This document shows positions 1 through 9,210 of a DNA stretch of 64,000 nt, one piece after another. The DNA is taken from positions 2,151 through 66,150 of the forward strand of contig JAMCQP010000039.1 of the NCBI GenBank assembly GCA_023381695.1, in the 5' to 3' direction. The position numbers and the translations under genes are program-made. The notes below the pieces were generated by a model. It ran no database searches, had not been told where the DNA came from, and saw only the letters and a list, made by a program, of their open reading frames with translations. Each line of letters begins with the position of its first letter. Positions within the stretch are counted from its first letter, which is position 1. The stretch comes from Bacillota bacterium (GTDB taxonomy: Bacteria > Bacillota > UBA5301 > JAMCQP01).

Positions 1-1
1 A

Positions 2-238
2 TCGGGAGTGATCTACCAGGTAATCGACGGCTATTACCAGTACACCCCCGTTCTTAACGGCCAGATCAACCTGCCCGCCTCCAACTCTTCCTATCAGGCG
101 GCCAAGGATGCCTTGGCCGGGTCGGACCCCACCTATGGCGCCAATGGTTTCTACAACCCGGCAAAAACATGGGATCAGTGGGTGCGCAGCAATCCCGTGA
201 ACACTTCCATCGGGAACCATGTGTTCTTCACATCATAA
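2..238 (+). CDS. Cell-wall hydrolase, SleB/CwlJ family, C-terminal fragment (gene begins upstream of window)
   Basis: Frame is open from the window edge. The C-terminus ...GANGFYNP..W...IGNHVFF resembles the Hydrolase_2 family end. Confidence 0.5.
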   Translation, partial: SGVIYQVIDGYYQYTPVLNGQINLPASNSSYQAAKDALAGSDPTYGANGFYNPAKTWDQWVRSNPVNTSIGNHVFFTS

Positions 239-1486
239 CGGTGCGTCCGCGCCGGGGAACAGGTAGGCCCGATCTTCCTTGATTACCACTCTTGTACCAT
301 AAGATGCTGAATATGCCGAGAGGTTGCCGATAATCGCCCCGGCCCGGGAGCCGGTGGCGGGTTGGGGTTGCCCCATGGAAATGTAAATGGGCCAAAGCTC
401 CACCTCGGTAACCTCCCGGCCTTTAAATTTCAGCGTGGCGATCACCGCCTCCTTGGCGGGCTCGTTTCCCGGCGTATAGACAAAGTTGCCCAGGCTGTAA
501 AAGATGGGCCGGCCTTTATAGATCTCGATTCCCTGCAAGACGTGGGGGTGATGGCCGATCACCGCATCGGCCCCGGCGTCTATCGCCGCCCTGGCCAGCA
601 GCTGTTGGAAGGCGTTGGCCTTGTTCTGCTTCTCCTCTCCCCAGTGAAAACTCACGATCACCACCTCCGCCTGCGCCCGCGCCGCTGCCAGATCCTCTTG
701 CAGCGCCGCAATACCTGCCTTATCCGGCGCCAGGCTCTTGATGTTTCTGGCCGGTGCCACGCCAGGCTGGGTATCGGTTGCCCAGTAATTGGGCGGCAAG
801 ATGTAGGAAAATGCCAGGAAAGCCACCCGCAAGCCTTTGGCCACGGCAATTGCCGGGCGTCTAGCCTCCGCCAGGTTGGCCCCGGCGCCCACGCTCTTGA
901 TCTGGGCGTTCTCCAGCGCGGCAGTTGTTTCCAGAAGCGCCTCCGGGCCAAAGTCGAGCATATGGTTGTTCGCCAGGGCCAGGACGTCGAAACCCGCGGC
1001 TACCAGGCCGGGTATATCCTCGGGAGAACCTTTGAAGACATAGTCTTTCCCGGCCGCCACCGCCTCTTTGCGCTTGTGAGGCGTGGGCTGGCCGCCCCTG
1101 GCCAGCGGGGACTCCAGATTCCCGAAGGCCAGATCCGCCCTGCTCAAGATGGGGGCTACCTTTTCAAACGGATAGAACGGCCCGTATTGAGCAATCAGGT
1201 TGCGAACCCCTCCCACCAGCATGATGTCACCCACTGCCGCAACAGTCACGACAGTTTCTTCGGAAACCTCAACGCTCGGGTTTCCCGCCTGGTTGCTCCC
1301 GTCTCCTTGAACGCCTGGATTTTCCGGAGCAGTCCCTTCTCCCTGAACAGGTTGGCCTGCCGGGTTAACCTGGCGGCTTTGATCGCTCTGGCTGTCCTGG
1401 TCGCTTTCCAGAGAATCTGCGGCGGCAGGTATTGTAAACAGGGCCACCGCCGCAAACACTAACATGCAAATCAGAGATCTTCGCAT
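233..1486 (-). CDS. CapA-family (PGA_cap) metallophosphatase-like protein with signal peptide and low-complexity linker
   Basis: 417-aa ORF with a hydrophobic N-terminus. AVGDIMLVG, FGNLESP and ANNHMLDFG motifs are typical of CapA/YwtB proteins. Confidence 0.8.
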   Translation of the reverse strand: MRRSLICMLVFAAVALFTIPAAADSLESDQDSQSDQSRQVNPAGQPVQGEGTAPENPGVQGDGSNQAGNPSVEVSEETVVTVAAVGDIMLVGGVRNLIAQYGPFYPFEKVAPILSRADLAFGNLESPLARGGQPTPHKRKEAVAAGKDYVFKGSPEDIPGLVAAGFDVLALANNHMLDFGPEALLETTAALENAQIKSVGAGANLAEARRPAIAVAKGLRVAFLAFSYILPPNYWATDTQPGVAPARNIKSLAPDKAGIAALQEDLAAARAQAEVVIVSFHWGEEKQNKANAFQQLLARAAIDAGADAVIGHHPHVLQGIEIYKGRPIFYSLGNFVYTPGNEPAKEAVIATLKFKGREVTEVELWPIYISMGQPQPATGSRAGAIIGNLSAYSASYGTRVVIKEDRAYLFPGADAPL

Positions 1487-1551
1487 TCATCCACCCTCCT
1501 TGGGAAGGTTGATCATATTATCGACAAAGGAGTAAACTGGTAAACAGGTTA

Positions 1552-1580
1552 TTGACACATTTTGCCGGGCATGATACGAT
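1552..1580 (+). promoter_or_regulatory. Candidate sigma-A promoter (TTGACA-17-TACGAT with upstream TGn)
   Basis: TTGACA at 1552-1557, 17-nt spacer, TACGAT at 1575-1580, upstream of the MNT-type ORF. Confidence 0.35.
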
Positions 1581-1627
1581 GGCGTCGATCAAAACCTGGT
1601 GTGGAATAATTTCAGGTATGAAAGCAG

Positions 1628-2251
1628 GTGAAAAAAATGGGTGGCAGGCTGTCGGACAGCCAGATCGTACAACTCCAAAGCTTTTTTCATGGCCGGAACG
1701 AGGTGGAACTGGCATTTCTCTTTGGTTCGCAGGCACGGGGGACCGCCGGCCCTCTGAGTGACGTGGACATAGCGGTTTTAATCGCCGGCAACGCCGCAGG
1801 GGAAGGCCCGCTTAGCTATCGTTTAATCCTGATGGGTGATCTCGCCACATTGCTCCACAGAGACGACATTGATGTGGTAATGTTAAATCAGGCGTCGCCA
1901 TTGCTCAAGAACCGGGTAGCCAGAGATGGCCGGGTACTTTTCTGCAAAGATACGGGTATCAGGTGTGCAAAAGGTAGCGGGCATGGCGGGATTTCGCAAT
2001 GTCCTGGTTCACCAGTATCTGCAGGTCGATCTCAAAGAAGTCTACCAGATCCTGCAGAGCGGTTTGGACGATTTTCGCAGCTTCGCCGGTTATATAACAG
2101 ATTTTCTCGCCTCAAACAAGTGGTAACTAACTTCGATGGAATGGTGGAAAGACTATGCGGGCAGAATTATTGTCGGTGGGAACGGAGTTGCTTCTCGGCC
2201 AGATCGTGGACACCAACGCGGCCTACCTTGCGCAAAAACTGGCTCAGGTAG
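1628..2251 (+). CDS. MNT-type nucleotidyltransferase (antitoxin-like). Only the N-terminal ~100 aa are recognisable; the rest is read-through into cinA.
   Basis: FLFGSQARG...SDVDIAVL is a Pol-beta-type NTase motif, and ...ASPLLKNRVARDGRVLF follows it. Likely start is ATG 1637 after AGGTGA. The C-terminal half has no family signal and overlaps cinA out of frame. Confidence 0.55.
   Translation: MKKMGGRLSDSQIVQLQSFFHGRNEVELAFLFGSQARGTAGPLSDVDIAVLIAGNAAGEGPLSYRLILMGDLATLLHRDDIDVVMLNQASPLLKNRVARDGRVLFCKDTGIRCAKGSGHGGISQCPGSPVSAGRSQRSLPDPAERFGRFSQLRRLYNRFSRLKQVVTNFDGMVERLCGQNYCRWERSCFSARSWTPTRPTLRKNWLR
1926..2126 (+). pseudogene. HepT (DUF86/HEPN) toxin remnant, C-terminal half only
   Basis: 66-aa ORF carrying GFRNVLVHQYLQVD (HEPN Rx4H motif). 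The usual N-terminal ~60 aa are missing. It is out of frame with, and nested in, the MNT ORF. Confidence 0.6.
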
Positions 2252-3429
2252 GCATCGATCTATATTTCAAGACCACGGTGGGGGACAACTGGGACCGGAT
2301 CAGCCAGGCGCTCAAAAACGCCCTGGCCAGAGCGGATCTGGTGATCACCACCGGCGGCCTGGGGCCCACGGGGGACGATCTGACCAAGGAGGTGATCGCC
2401 GAGGTTCTCGACGCCGGGCTTATTCTCGATCAGGATTCATTGGACGCCCTGGAATCTTATTTTACCCGGCGGGGGATTGCCATGGCCCCCAACAACCGGA
2501 AACAGGCGCTGATTCCCGATTGCGCCCGCCCGATCCCCAATCCCCGCGGGACCGCTCCGGGGATCATCGCCCAGAAAGGTGGCAAAATGATCATCGCCAT
2601 GCCGGGTGTGCCGCGCGAGATGAAGGGAATGATGGAAGACACGGTGATGCCCTTCCTGGCGACCCTGCCAGAGCCGCAATCCGGGGCGAAGATCCTGAAA
2701 TCCCGGGTGCTGCGCATTGCCGGCATCGGTGAATCCTCGGTGGAGGACAAGGTGGCGGATCTCCTGGCCGCCCAGAACAACCCAACCGTTGCGCCGCTTG
2801 CTCAGACCGGCGAGGTGCACCTGCGGATCACCGCCAAAGCGGCCGATGAACAAGAGGCGGACGGCTTGATCGGGGAAGTGGAGGCCAGACTGAGGGAACG
2901 GCTGGGAGAGGCGGTCTTCGGCGTGGATGAGGAGACCCTGGAAGAGGTGGTGGGCCGGCTGCTCAGGCAACGCCGCCTGACCCTGGCGGTGGCGGAGTCA
3001 TGCACCGGCGGCCTGGTGGCGCACCGGCTCACCAACATCCCCGGCAGCTCCGACTACTTCCGCGGCGGAATCGTCAGTTACAGCGTGGAAATGAAGACGG
3101 GGCTGCTGGGCATCCCCGGAGAAGTCATCGGCAGGTTCGGAACCGTCAGCCGCGAGGTCGCACTGGAAATGGCCCGCGCCGCACGCCGGATTGCCGGCGC
3201 CGATCTGGCACTGGCGGTAACCGGAAACGCCGGTCCAGCCACCGAGCCTACCCCCGATGGCCGGGGGGAAGGAGAGGTGGGGCTGGTCTTTATCGGCCTG
3301 GCCACCCCGGATGCGCGGAAAGATGGCTGGCAAAGGTTTAATTTCGTGCAGGATCGTGCGACCAACAAGCAATGGGCGGCGCAGGCGGCGCTGAACATGC
3401 TGCGGTTGCGCCTGGATGATGGTGAATAA
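2155..3429 (+). CDS. cinA: Competence/damage-inducible protein CinA (MoCF-binding domain + PncC-type nicotinamide-nucleotide amidase domain)
   Basis: MRAELLSVGTELLLGQIVDTNAAYLA N-terminus, C-terminal ESCTGG motif, and position upstream of recA. Confidence 0.9.
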   Translation: MRAELLSVGTELLLGQIVDTNAAYLAQKLAQVGIDLYFKTTVGDNWDRISQALKNALARADLVITTGGLGPTGDDLTKEVIAEVLDAGLILDQDSLDALESYFTRRGIAMAPNNRKQALIPDCARPIPNPRGTAPGIIAQKGGKMIIAMPGVPREMKGMMEDTVMPFLATLPEPQSGAKILKSRVLRIAGIGESSVEDKVADLLAAQNNPTVAPLAQTGEVHLRITAKAADEQEADGLIGEVEARLRERLGEAVFGVDEETLEEVVGRLLRQRRLTLAVAESCTGGLVAHRLTNIPGSSDYFRGGIVSYSVEMKTGLLGIPGEVIGRFGTVSREVALEMARAARRIAGADLALAVTGNAGPATEPTPDGRGEGEVGLVFIGLATPDARKDGWQRFNFVQDRATNKQWAAQAALNMLRLRLDDGE

Positions 3430-5017
3430 CTGGAGGGCGCTTTTGAAGGAAAGGATGTTTCAAAACCGGCGGCGAATTTTGCCGCTTTTTCTGGCCATCG
3501 TCATGGCCATAGTCTTTGTCAATCTCTTCAGCAATTCGCTCTTCAACATCAGCGCTTTCCAGCTTCAGCTCAAAGCGCTCATCACCTTGCCCGCAGGTTC
3601 AAGACTGGTGATCCCCCCCGTGGGAGAGATTATCGCCCGGACCCATCATTTTCCGCTGGCCTTTGAAGTCACTCTGACCAACATCAACCTGGATGTGCTG
3701 AAAGGCTTCTTACAGAAGCCCATAGACAAGGCGCAGCTCATTGAATTGATCCGGGCGCAGGCGCCCCGGATCTTGAACGTCTTTATCATGAAGATCCTCC
3801 TCCTGGCGTTCCTGGGAGGGTTGACGGGAGCTTTTCTGGCAGGCCGGCGCCGGATCTTTCCTTTATTGCGAACGGCGGTAATCGCCTTGCTGGTGGTGGC
3901 CGCAATCGTGAGCGGGACCTATTATACTTACGATGTGACCGCTTTCCAACACCCGCAATACCGCGGCGTTCTGGAGGCCGCCCCCTGGATGGTGGGTTTT
4001 GTTGAGCAGAGCCTGGTCAAGGTCAATGAACTCGGCGAACAGATGGAGGTCCTGGCCGGAAACCTTTACAAGCTCTTTGAGCGGGTGAACAGCCTGGAAC
4101 CTCTTGGCACGGTGAACGGCGATCTGCGGATCCTGCATATCTCGGATATACATAACAACCCCGCCGCCCTGGGCTTTGTGGCGCAGGTGATCAAGAGTTT
4201 CGCCGTGGATGCCATCGTGGACACGGGAGACCTCACCGACTTCGGCACACCATTGGAAACCGGGTTGGTGAGCCGGTTGCGGCTCTTCAAGATCCCCTAT
4301 TTTTTTGTGGCGGGGAACCATGACTCCCCGGAGATCATCTCCTTTCTCCGCCGCCTGCCCAATGTCCGGCTTCTCAATAACCGGGTGGTGGATTTCAAGG
4401 GGCTGAAGATCCTGGGATCACCGGATCCCGGCGCGGCCAGCCTGTCTCCCGAACCCCCCACGCCGGAGGCCGCCAGCCAGAAGATCGCGGAGATCCGTGG
4501 CCTCCTGGACGCTCTGCATACGCCACCTGATCTCCTGGCCATCCATAATTACCAGATTGCCCGCAGCTTTATCGGACGGGTCCCGGTTATCCTTCACGGG
4601 CACGACCACCGGCTGAGAGTCTCGGTGGAAAAGGGGACCGCCGTCATTGACGCCGGCACCACCGGAGCAGCGGGAATCCGGGGGTTGCAGACGGTGGAGG
4701 AAGGTGTCCCCTATTCGGTGGCCCTGTTGTACTTTTCCCGGCGGTTGACCGACCAGGGGGGAGCAGCCGGCCAGGGGGCCCCGCCGGTCAATCCTGTCAA
4801 CCCGTCCAAACCATCCAAGCCATCCAAACTACCCAACCCGCCCCCCGGAGTTTCCTCAAACTACCGGCTCATCGCGGTGGATACCATCAGGGTCTACAGC
4901 CTGCAAGCCGGTTTCAGCCTGGAACGGATCCTGATTCCCGAACCCGGGGAAAAGGCCGCCCCCAGGATTTTGAGCAGCGAGGAACTCCACAGCCTGATGG
5001 CCAACCCTCTTCAATGA
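3416..5017 (+). CDS. Membrane-anchored metallophosphoesterase (calcineurin-like)
   Basis: N-terminal TM segments. ILHISDIHNN, DTGDLTDFG, VAGNHDS and LHGHDH motifs. A PVNPVNPSKPSKPSKLPNPPP insert lies near the C-terminus. Confidence 0.75.
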   Translation: MMVNNWRALLKERMFQNRRRILPLFLAIVMAIVFVNLFSNSLFNISAFQLQLKALITLPAGSRLVIPPVGEIIARTHHFPLAFEVTLTNINLDVLKGFLQKPIDKAQLIELIRAQAPRILNVFIMKILLLAFLGGLTGAFLAGRRRIFPLLRTAVIALLVVAAIVSGTYYTYDVTAFQHPQYRGVLEAAPWMVGFVEQSLVKVNELGEQMEVLAGNLYKLFERVNSLEPLGTVNGDLRILHISDIHNNPAALGFVAQVIKSFAVDAIVDTGDLTDFGTPLETGLVSRLRLFKIPYFFVAGNHDSPEIISFLRRLPNVRLLNNRVVDFKGLKILGSPDPGAASLSPEPPTPEAASQKIAEIRGLLDALHTPPDLLAIHNYQIARSFIGRVPVILHGHDHRLRVSVEKGTAVIDAGTTGAAGIRGLQTVEEGVPYSVALLYFSRRLTDQGGAAGQGAPPVNPVNPSKPSKPSKLPNPPPGVSSNYRLIAVDTIRVYSLQAGFSLERILIPEPGEKAAPRILSSEELHSLMANPLQ

Positions 5018-5258
5018 TCGCTGAAAAAATTCTTTGCACCAAAAGGATCTGATCTCTTTCTGGCGAATAAAAACTACGCCAGTGTTAGATCCTTCTGCCA
5101 TCATGCCTTCATTTAAAGCCCGACTTATACTCGAACCCGGCATCAACACATATGCTCCTGAGTTTGGTCACCTTCAACGCCCGGATACCTCTTCCAAAGG
5201 CGTAATCAGATCAACCAATTGAATATCGGAATATTGAAGATCGAAATGGAGAAGACAT

Positions 5259-5891
5259 ATGAAACCCAGAAGCGCTGCCCGATGGTCGACAGCAGGGGAT
5301 AGCCATGAAAATTCCGCCGTGCGTACCTTTATTTCCGTGCCGATCCCGGTTGTGGTGCAAAAGCAGGCGCGCCTGATGCAGGGGCGTTTGCAAGCCGCAG
5401 GAGGGGATGTAAAGTGGGTGGATCCTTCCCAGATCCACATCACTCTCAAATTTCTTGGCGACGTGGATTTTACGCTGCCAGACAAGCTGGGGGAGGCAGT
5501 GGCGGCGGCAATCCATGACGAGCCTCCTTTTTCACTGCGTTTGTCCGGGCTGGGAACCTTCCCCCTGGCAGGGGTTCCGCGGGTGATCTGGGCTGCCATT
5601 GACGGCGATCTGCGCCGTCTGCTTTCCCTTCAAAAGAAGGTGGAGGCGGCGGTGGTGGAACAGGGGTTTCCCCCGGAAGAAAGACCTTTTTCGCCCCATG
5701 TGACGCTGGGAAGGGTGCGTTCGCCTCGAAACACCGCCCAATTGAAAGAACTGTTGAAAGGGATGGAAAGCACTGAATTGGGCCAGTTTGCGGTGACGGA
5801 GGTGCGGGTGATGAAAAGCCAGTTGGCGCCTTCCGGTCCCCATTATACGATTCTTCACAGCGCAGGATTGCCCGTGCCACAAAGTTCTTGA
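5259..5891 (+). CDS. thpR: RNA 2',3'-cyclic phosphodiesterase (2H family, ThpR/LigT)
   Basis: Two HxT motifs (HITLKFLG and HVTLGR). GGAG lies 9 nt upstream of ATG 5259. Confidence 0.8.
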   Translation: MKPRSAARWSTAGDSHENSAVRTFISVPIPVVVQKQARLMQGRLQAAGGDVKWVDPSQIHITLKFLGDVDFTLPDKLGEAVAAAIHDEPPFSLRLSGLGTFPLAGVPRVIWAAIDGDLRRLLSLQKKVEAAVVEQGFPPEERPFSPHVTLGRVRSPRNTAQLKELLKGMESTELGQFAVTEVRVMKSQLAPSGPHYTILHSAGLPVPQSS

Positions 5892-5916
5892 CAACGGTGG
5901 CATACTCTGGTAAAAT
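5888..5916 (+). promoter_or_regulatory. recA sigma-A promoter (TTGACA-17-TAAAAT)
   Basis: TTGACA 5888-5893, 17-nt spacer, TAAAAT 5911-5916. The -35 box contains the thpR stop codon. Confidence 0.6.
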
Positions 5917-5922
5917 TCTTAT

Positions 5923-5936
5923 AGAACATCAGTTTG
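5923..5936 (+). promoter_or_regulatory. LexA (Cheo/DinR) box candidate, AGAACATCAGTTTG
   Basis: GAAC-N4-GTTT (one mismatch to GAAC-N4-GTTC) lies 7 nt downstream of the recA -10. Confidence 0.55.
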
Positions 5937-5955
5937 GAAGCGCAACGTAAATGCG

Positions 5956-7020
5956 ATGCGAGTTGAGAGGATGATCGCTTTGATGCAAGAAAAGCAGAAG
6001 GCCCTGGAAATGGCCGTCAGCCAGATTGAAAAGCAGTTCGGCAAAGGTTCGATCATGAAACTCGGGCAAGGGGCCGAGCAGTTGCAAGTGGAGGTCATTT
6101 CCACGGGCGCGATTACCCTGGATCTGGCCCTGGGGGTCGGTGGCGTTCCGCGGGGAAGGGTTATCGAGATCTTCGGGCCGGAGTCCTCGGGAAAGACCAC
6201 CGTGGCCTTGCATATCATCGCCGAGGCCCAGAAAGAGGGTGGGGTAGCCGCTTTTATTGACGCGGAGCATGCCTTTTCGGCCGAATACTCTCGTAATCTT
6301 GGCGTGGACCTGGACAACCTGTTGATCTCGCAGCCGGATACCGGCGAGCAGGCCCTGGAGATCGCCGAAGCCCTGGTGCGCAGCGGGGCGATCGATGTGG
6401 TCGTGGTGGACTCCGTAGCCGCCCTGGTGCCGCGCGCGGAACTGGAAGGCGAGATGGGGGATGCCCATGTGGGACTGCAGGCGCGATTGATGTCTCAGGC
6501 CCTGCGCAAGCTCACCGGCGCCATAGGAAAGTCCCGCACGTGTGCAATCTTTATCAACCAGTTGCGTGAGAAGGTCGGAGTGATGTTCGGCAACCCGGAG
6601 ACAACTCCCGGCGGCCGTGCCCTGAAGTTCTACGCCTCCGTGCGGCTGGATGTCCGCAAGACAGAAACTATCAAACAGGGCACGGACATGGTGGCTAACC
6701 GCACCAGGGTCAAGGTGGTAAAAAATAAGATCGCTCCGCCCTTCAAGGAAGCCGAGTTTGACATTGTCTACGGCGAGGGAATTTCCATTGCCGGCGCGAT
6801 CCTGGACATGGCCGCCGACCTGGATATCGTAAATAAGAGCGGCGCCTGGTACTCTTACGGTGACACCAGAATCGGGCAGGGGCGCGAAAACGCCAAAGAC
6901 TTTCTCAAGCAAAATCCCGATCTCGCCGCAGAGATTGAGGCCAGGATTCGGGAGAAGGTGGGCCTCCCGCTGGCCAAAAAGCCCATCAGGTCGGACGCCG
7001 CCGGTGAAAACGCTTCATGA
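5956..7020 (+). CDS. recA: Recombinase RecA
   Basis: [22 protein letters not shown] and Walker [10 protein letters not shown]. The true start may be ATG 5971 or 5983. Confidence 0.97.
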   Translation: MRVERMIALMQEKQKALEMAVSQIEKQFGKGSIMKLGQGAEQLQVEVISTGAITLDLALGVGGVPRGRVIEIFGPESSGKTTVALHIIAEAQKEGGVAAFIDAEHAFSAEYSRNLGVDLDNLLISQPDTGEQALEIAEALVRSGAIDVVVVDSVAALVPRAELEGEMGDAHVGLQARLMSQALRKLTGAIGKSRTCAIFINQLREKVGVMFGNPETTPGGRALKFYASVRLDVRKTETIKQGTDMVANRTRVKVVKNKIAPPFKEAEFDIVYGEGISIAGAILDMAADLDIVNKSGAWYSYGDTRIGQGRENAKDFLKQNPDLAAEIEARIREKVGLPLAKKPIRSDAAGENAS

Positions 7021-7481
7021 ACGAGCGGGAACGGGGGTTTGCCATCGCCCTGGAGATGATCTCCCGGCGCCGGCGCAGCGAGTACGAGGTCCGGGCGCGC
7101 TTCAGCCAGCGGGGGATTCCACCCCAGACCGGCGAGGAGATCATCTCCGCGCTGCGGGAGATGGGATACCTCAACGACCGGGCCTTCGCCGAAGCGTGGG
7201 TACGGGATCGGAAAATAACCAAACCCATGGGGCGTTACCGGCTGGCCAGGGAGCTGTCGGAAAAAGGCATCGAGCGTTCTTTGATTGATGAGGTGCTGGA
7301 TGGAGAGGAAGGCTGCCAGGATGAGCTGGCCCTGGCATTGGCTCTGGCCCGGACCCGGCTGACCAGCATCAAGGGGCGCCCCCCGGAAGTGGTGCAGCGG
7401 CGGATCGGCCAATTCCTCCTGAGGCGCGGGTTTTCGCAGGAGACCGCCGCCAGAGTAGCCTGGCAACTTACCCGTGATTAG
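7017..7481 (+). CDS. recX: RecA regulator RecX
   Basis: 154 aa, ATGA overlap with the recA stop, RecX-like helical repeats (RRRSEYEVR..., [13 protein letters not shown]). Confidence 0.85.
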   Translation: MNERERGFAIALEMISRRRRSEYEVRARFSQRGIPPQTGEEIISALREMGYLNDRAFAEAWVRDRKITKPMGRYRLARELSEKGIERSLIDEVLDGEEGCQDELALALALARTRLTSIKGRPPEVVQRRIGQFLLRRGFSQETAARVAWQLTRD

Positions 7482-7502
7482 CGCAAAATAGCACACAATC
7501 TT

Positions 7503-7571
7503 GAGGGTTTCGGTCTGCCGCCGTGGGATTCCCCCTCCAATAATCCCACAAGCCAGCAGGCTGAAACCCTC
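7503..7571. terminator. Nested hairpin between convergent recX and the permease gene
   Basis: GAGGGTTTC (7503-7511) pairs with GAAACCCTC (7563-7571). An inner hairpin GTGGGATT/AATCCCAC spans 7523-7549. Confidence 0.4.
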
Positions 7572-7628
7572 TTTTAGCTGAAACCCTCTTTTAGCTGAAA
7601 CTCTCTTTTAGCTGAAACCCTCCATTTA
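7561..7628. repeat. Four tandem copies of a 17-bp unit CTGAAACCCTCTTTTAG
   Basis: Copies at 7561-7577 and 7578-7594 are identical, 7595-7611 has 1 mismatch, and 7612-7628 has a degenerate 3' end. Confidence 0.9.
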
Positions 7629-7660
7629 TCAGGCAGCCATGATCTTCAGGGCATGGATCC

Positions 7661-9076
7661 TCAAGGCACGCGCAAAACCGTGAAGAACAGCCAGCTGATC
7701 AAGGCGCCGACCACCGACATGGAAAGGCCCCAGATCATCATTCCACGGAAGAGCTTGGTCTTGTCGGTTTCCGGTGCGGCACCGGCAATGAATACCGCTC
7801 CGGTGGTGGATAACGGGCTCATGTCGGTAAGATGGCCGGCTACCACAATCGTGGAGAGCAAGGCCATCAGGTCGCCGCCTCCGATCTTGGAAAGCAGCAC
7901 CGGCGCCAGAGGCAAGAAGGCTGGCAGGATCACGCCGGAGGTGCTGGCATAGGCCGAGATCAGGGCCGCGATAAAACCAATCACCAGGGTAGCTGTAAAC
8001 GGCGTAGAGAAACGAGCCATAATCGTGGCAAAAAGATCCATGCCACCGATCTTGCTCATCAACTGAACCAGCACGGTGACGCCGGTAACCATCATAATGG
8101 TGCCCCAGGGCATGCCCTTGATGCCCTTTGCCTCATCGGCGGCTCCCAGCAGGGAAAGGATCGCGCCGATCAGGAACGCCCCCAGGCCTACCTCCAGCTT
8201 GAAAAAGATCACTCCGAGGATCAGGACGGCGATCCCGGCGAGGGTGAGAATCTGATTGAAATTGAAGGGTTCCACCTGAATGTTTTTCAGACTCTCGATC
8301 TGGCTGGCGTCCTTCTTTTTCCAGAGCTTGAGACCGCCAAAGAGGAAATAAGCCAGGGCGGCAACCGCTATATGGGTAACCAGCATGTTCATCCATAGAG
8401 TTATGCCGACCGCATCGAGATTCGGAAAATTCATCTTGCTGAGTATGCCACGGGCAATGACGCCGGTGGGCGCGATGGGCGACATGGCCCCCGCCTGGGC
8501 GCCGTCGCCGACCACCAGGGCCATCAACAATGGGGAAATGCCGACCTCTTGCGCTAAAAGCATGGCGGGCGGGGCAAGGAGGGCGGCGATGGAAATATGT
8601 CCGGGTCCGATGGATGCCAGGACAAAAGCCAGGAAAAAGAGAACGATTGGCAGGAGGGCTACCTTGCCCCGGACCGCTTTGATACTATACTTGGTAACCT
8701 TTTCCAGAGTACCATTCACGTTGGCCAGTGAGAACAGATAGGTCACACCGGCCAGCATCAAGAAGAGGTTCACCGGGTAGCCGGAAATGATCTCCTTGAC
8801 CTTGACCCCGCCCAGGTAGTACCCTACCACCAGGGATAAGCCAAGGGCCATGGTCCCGATGTTCAAAGGTGTTGCAGAACTGACGATAACGGCAATTGTC
8901 AGAGCGATCAGGGAGATGACGGGCACATACTGGGGCGTGGTCGCCCTTTGGGCGAGGATATAGACCAGCAACGCCGTAACGAGAATGATCACGAGCCCCA
9001 CAACGGGCCATTGTGTTTTTTTCACAGCCGGCATCGGTTGCCCCTGCATCGGATTGGGGTTTTTTGCCTGTTCCAT
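7661..9076 (-). CDS. Polytopic anion/organic-acid permease (ion-transporter superfamily, SLC13/CitMHS/ArsB-like)
   Basis: 471 aa, about 12 or more hydrophobic segments, internal duplication-like architecture. Last gene of the sigma-54 operon. Confidence 0.6.
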   Translation of the reverse strand: MEQAKNPNPMQGQPMPAVKKTQWPVVGLVIILVTALLVYILAQRATTPQYVPVISLIALTIAVIVSSATPLNIGTMALGLSLVVGYYLGGVKVKEIISGYPVNLFLMLAGVTYLFSLANVNGTLEKVTKYSIKAVRGKVALLPIVLFFLAFVLASIGPGHISIAALLAPPAMLLAQEVGISPLLMALVVGDGAQAGAMSPIAPTGVIARGILSKMNFPNLDAVGITLWMNMLVTHIAVAALAYFLFGGLKLWKKKDASQIESLKNIQVEPFNFNQILTLAGIAVLILGVIFFKLEVGLGAFLIGAILSLLGAADEAKGIKGMPWGTIMMVTGVTVLVQLMSKIGGMDLFATIMARFSTPFTATLVIGFIAALISAYASTSGVILPAFLPLAPVLLSKIGGGDLMALLSTIVVAGHLTDMSPLSTTGAVFIAGAAPETDKTKLFRGMMIWGLSMSVVGALISWLFFTVLRVP

Positions 9077-9210
9077 TAGCTTTTAAACCTCCCTTGCAAA
9101 ATTGTGTCCCTACAGCTTTTTACATACTTGGACCTGTTTTGTAGGTTTTGCCCTGCCCAACTTGTCGTGCGACCCCTTGACCACCTCCTTTCACGTTATG
9201 CCTGGTCACG

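Noticed and set aside
362-1462. 366-aa plus-strand ORF
   Set aside because: It lies entirely antisense to the well-supported CapA-family gene. It is Arg/Gly/Pro-rich with no family signal, a typical shadow ORF of GC-rich DNA.
5929-6912. 327-aa minus-strand ORF
   Set aside because: Antisense to recA; shadow ORF.
7561-7628. Possible CRISPR array
   Set aside because: The repeats are directly adjacent with no spacers, the unit is only 17 bp, and there are no cas genes in the window.
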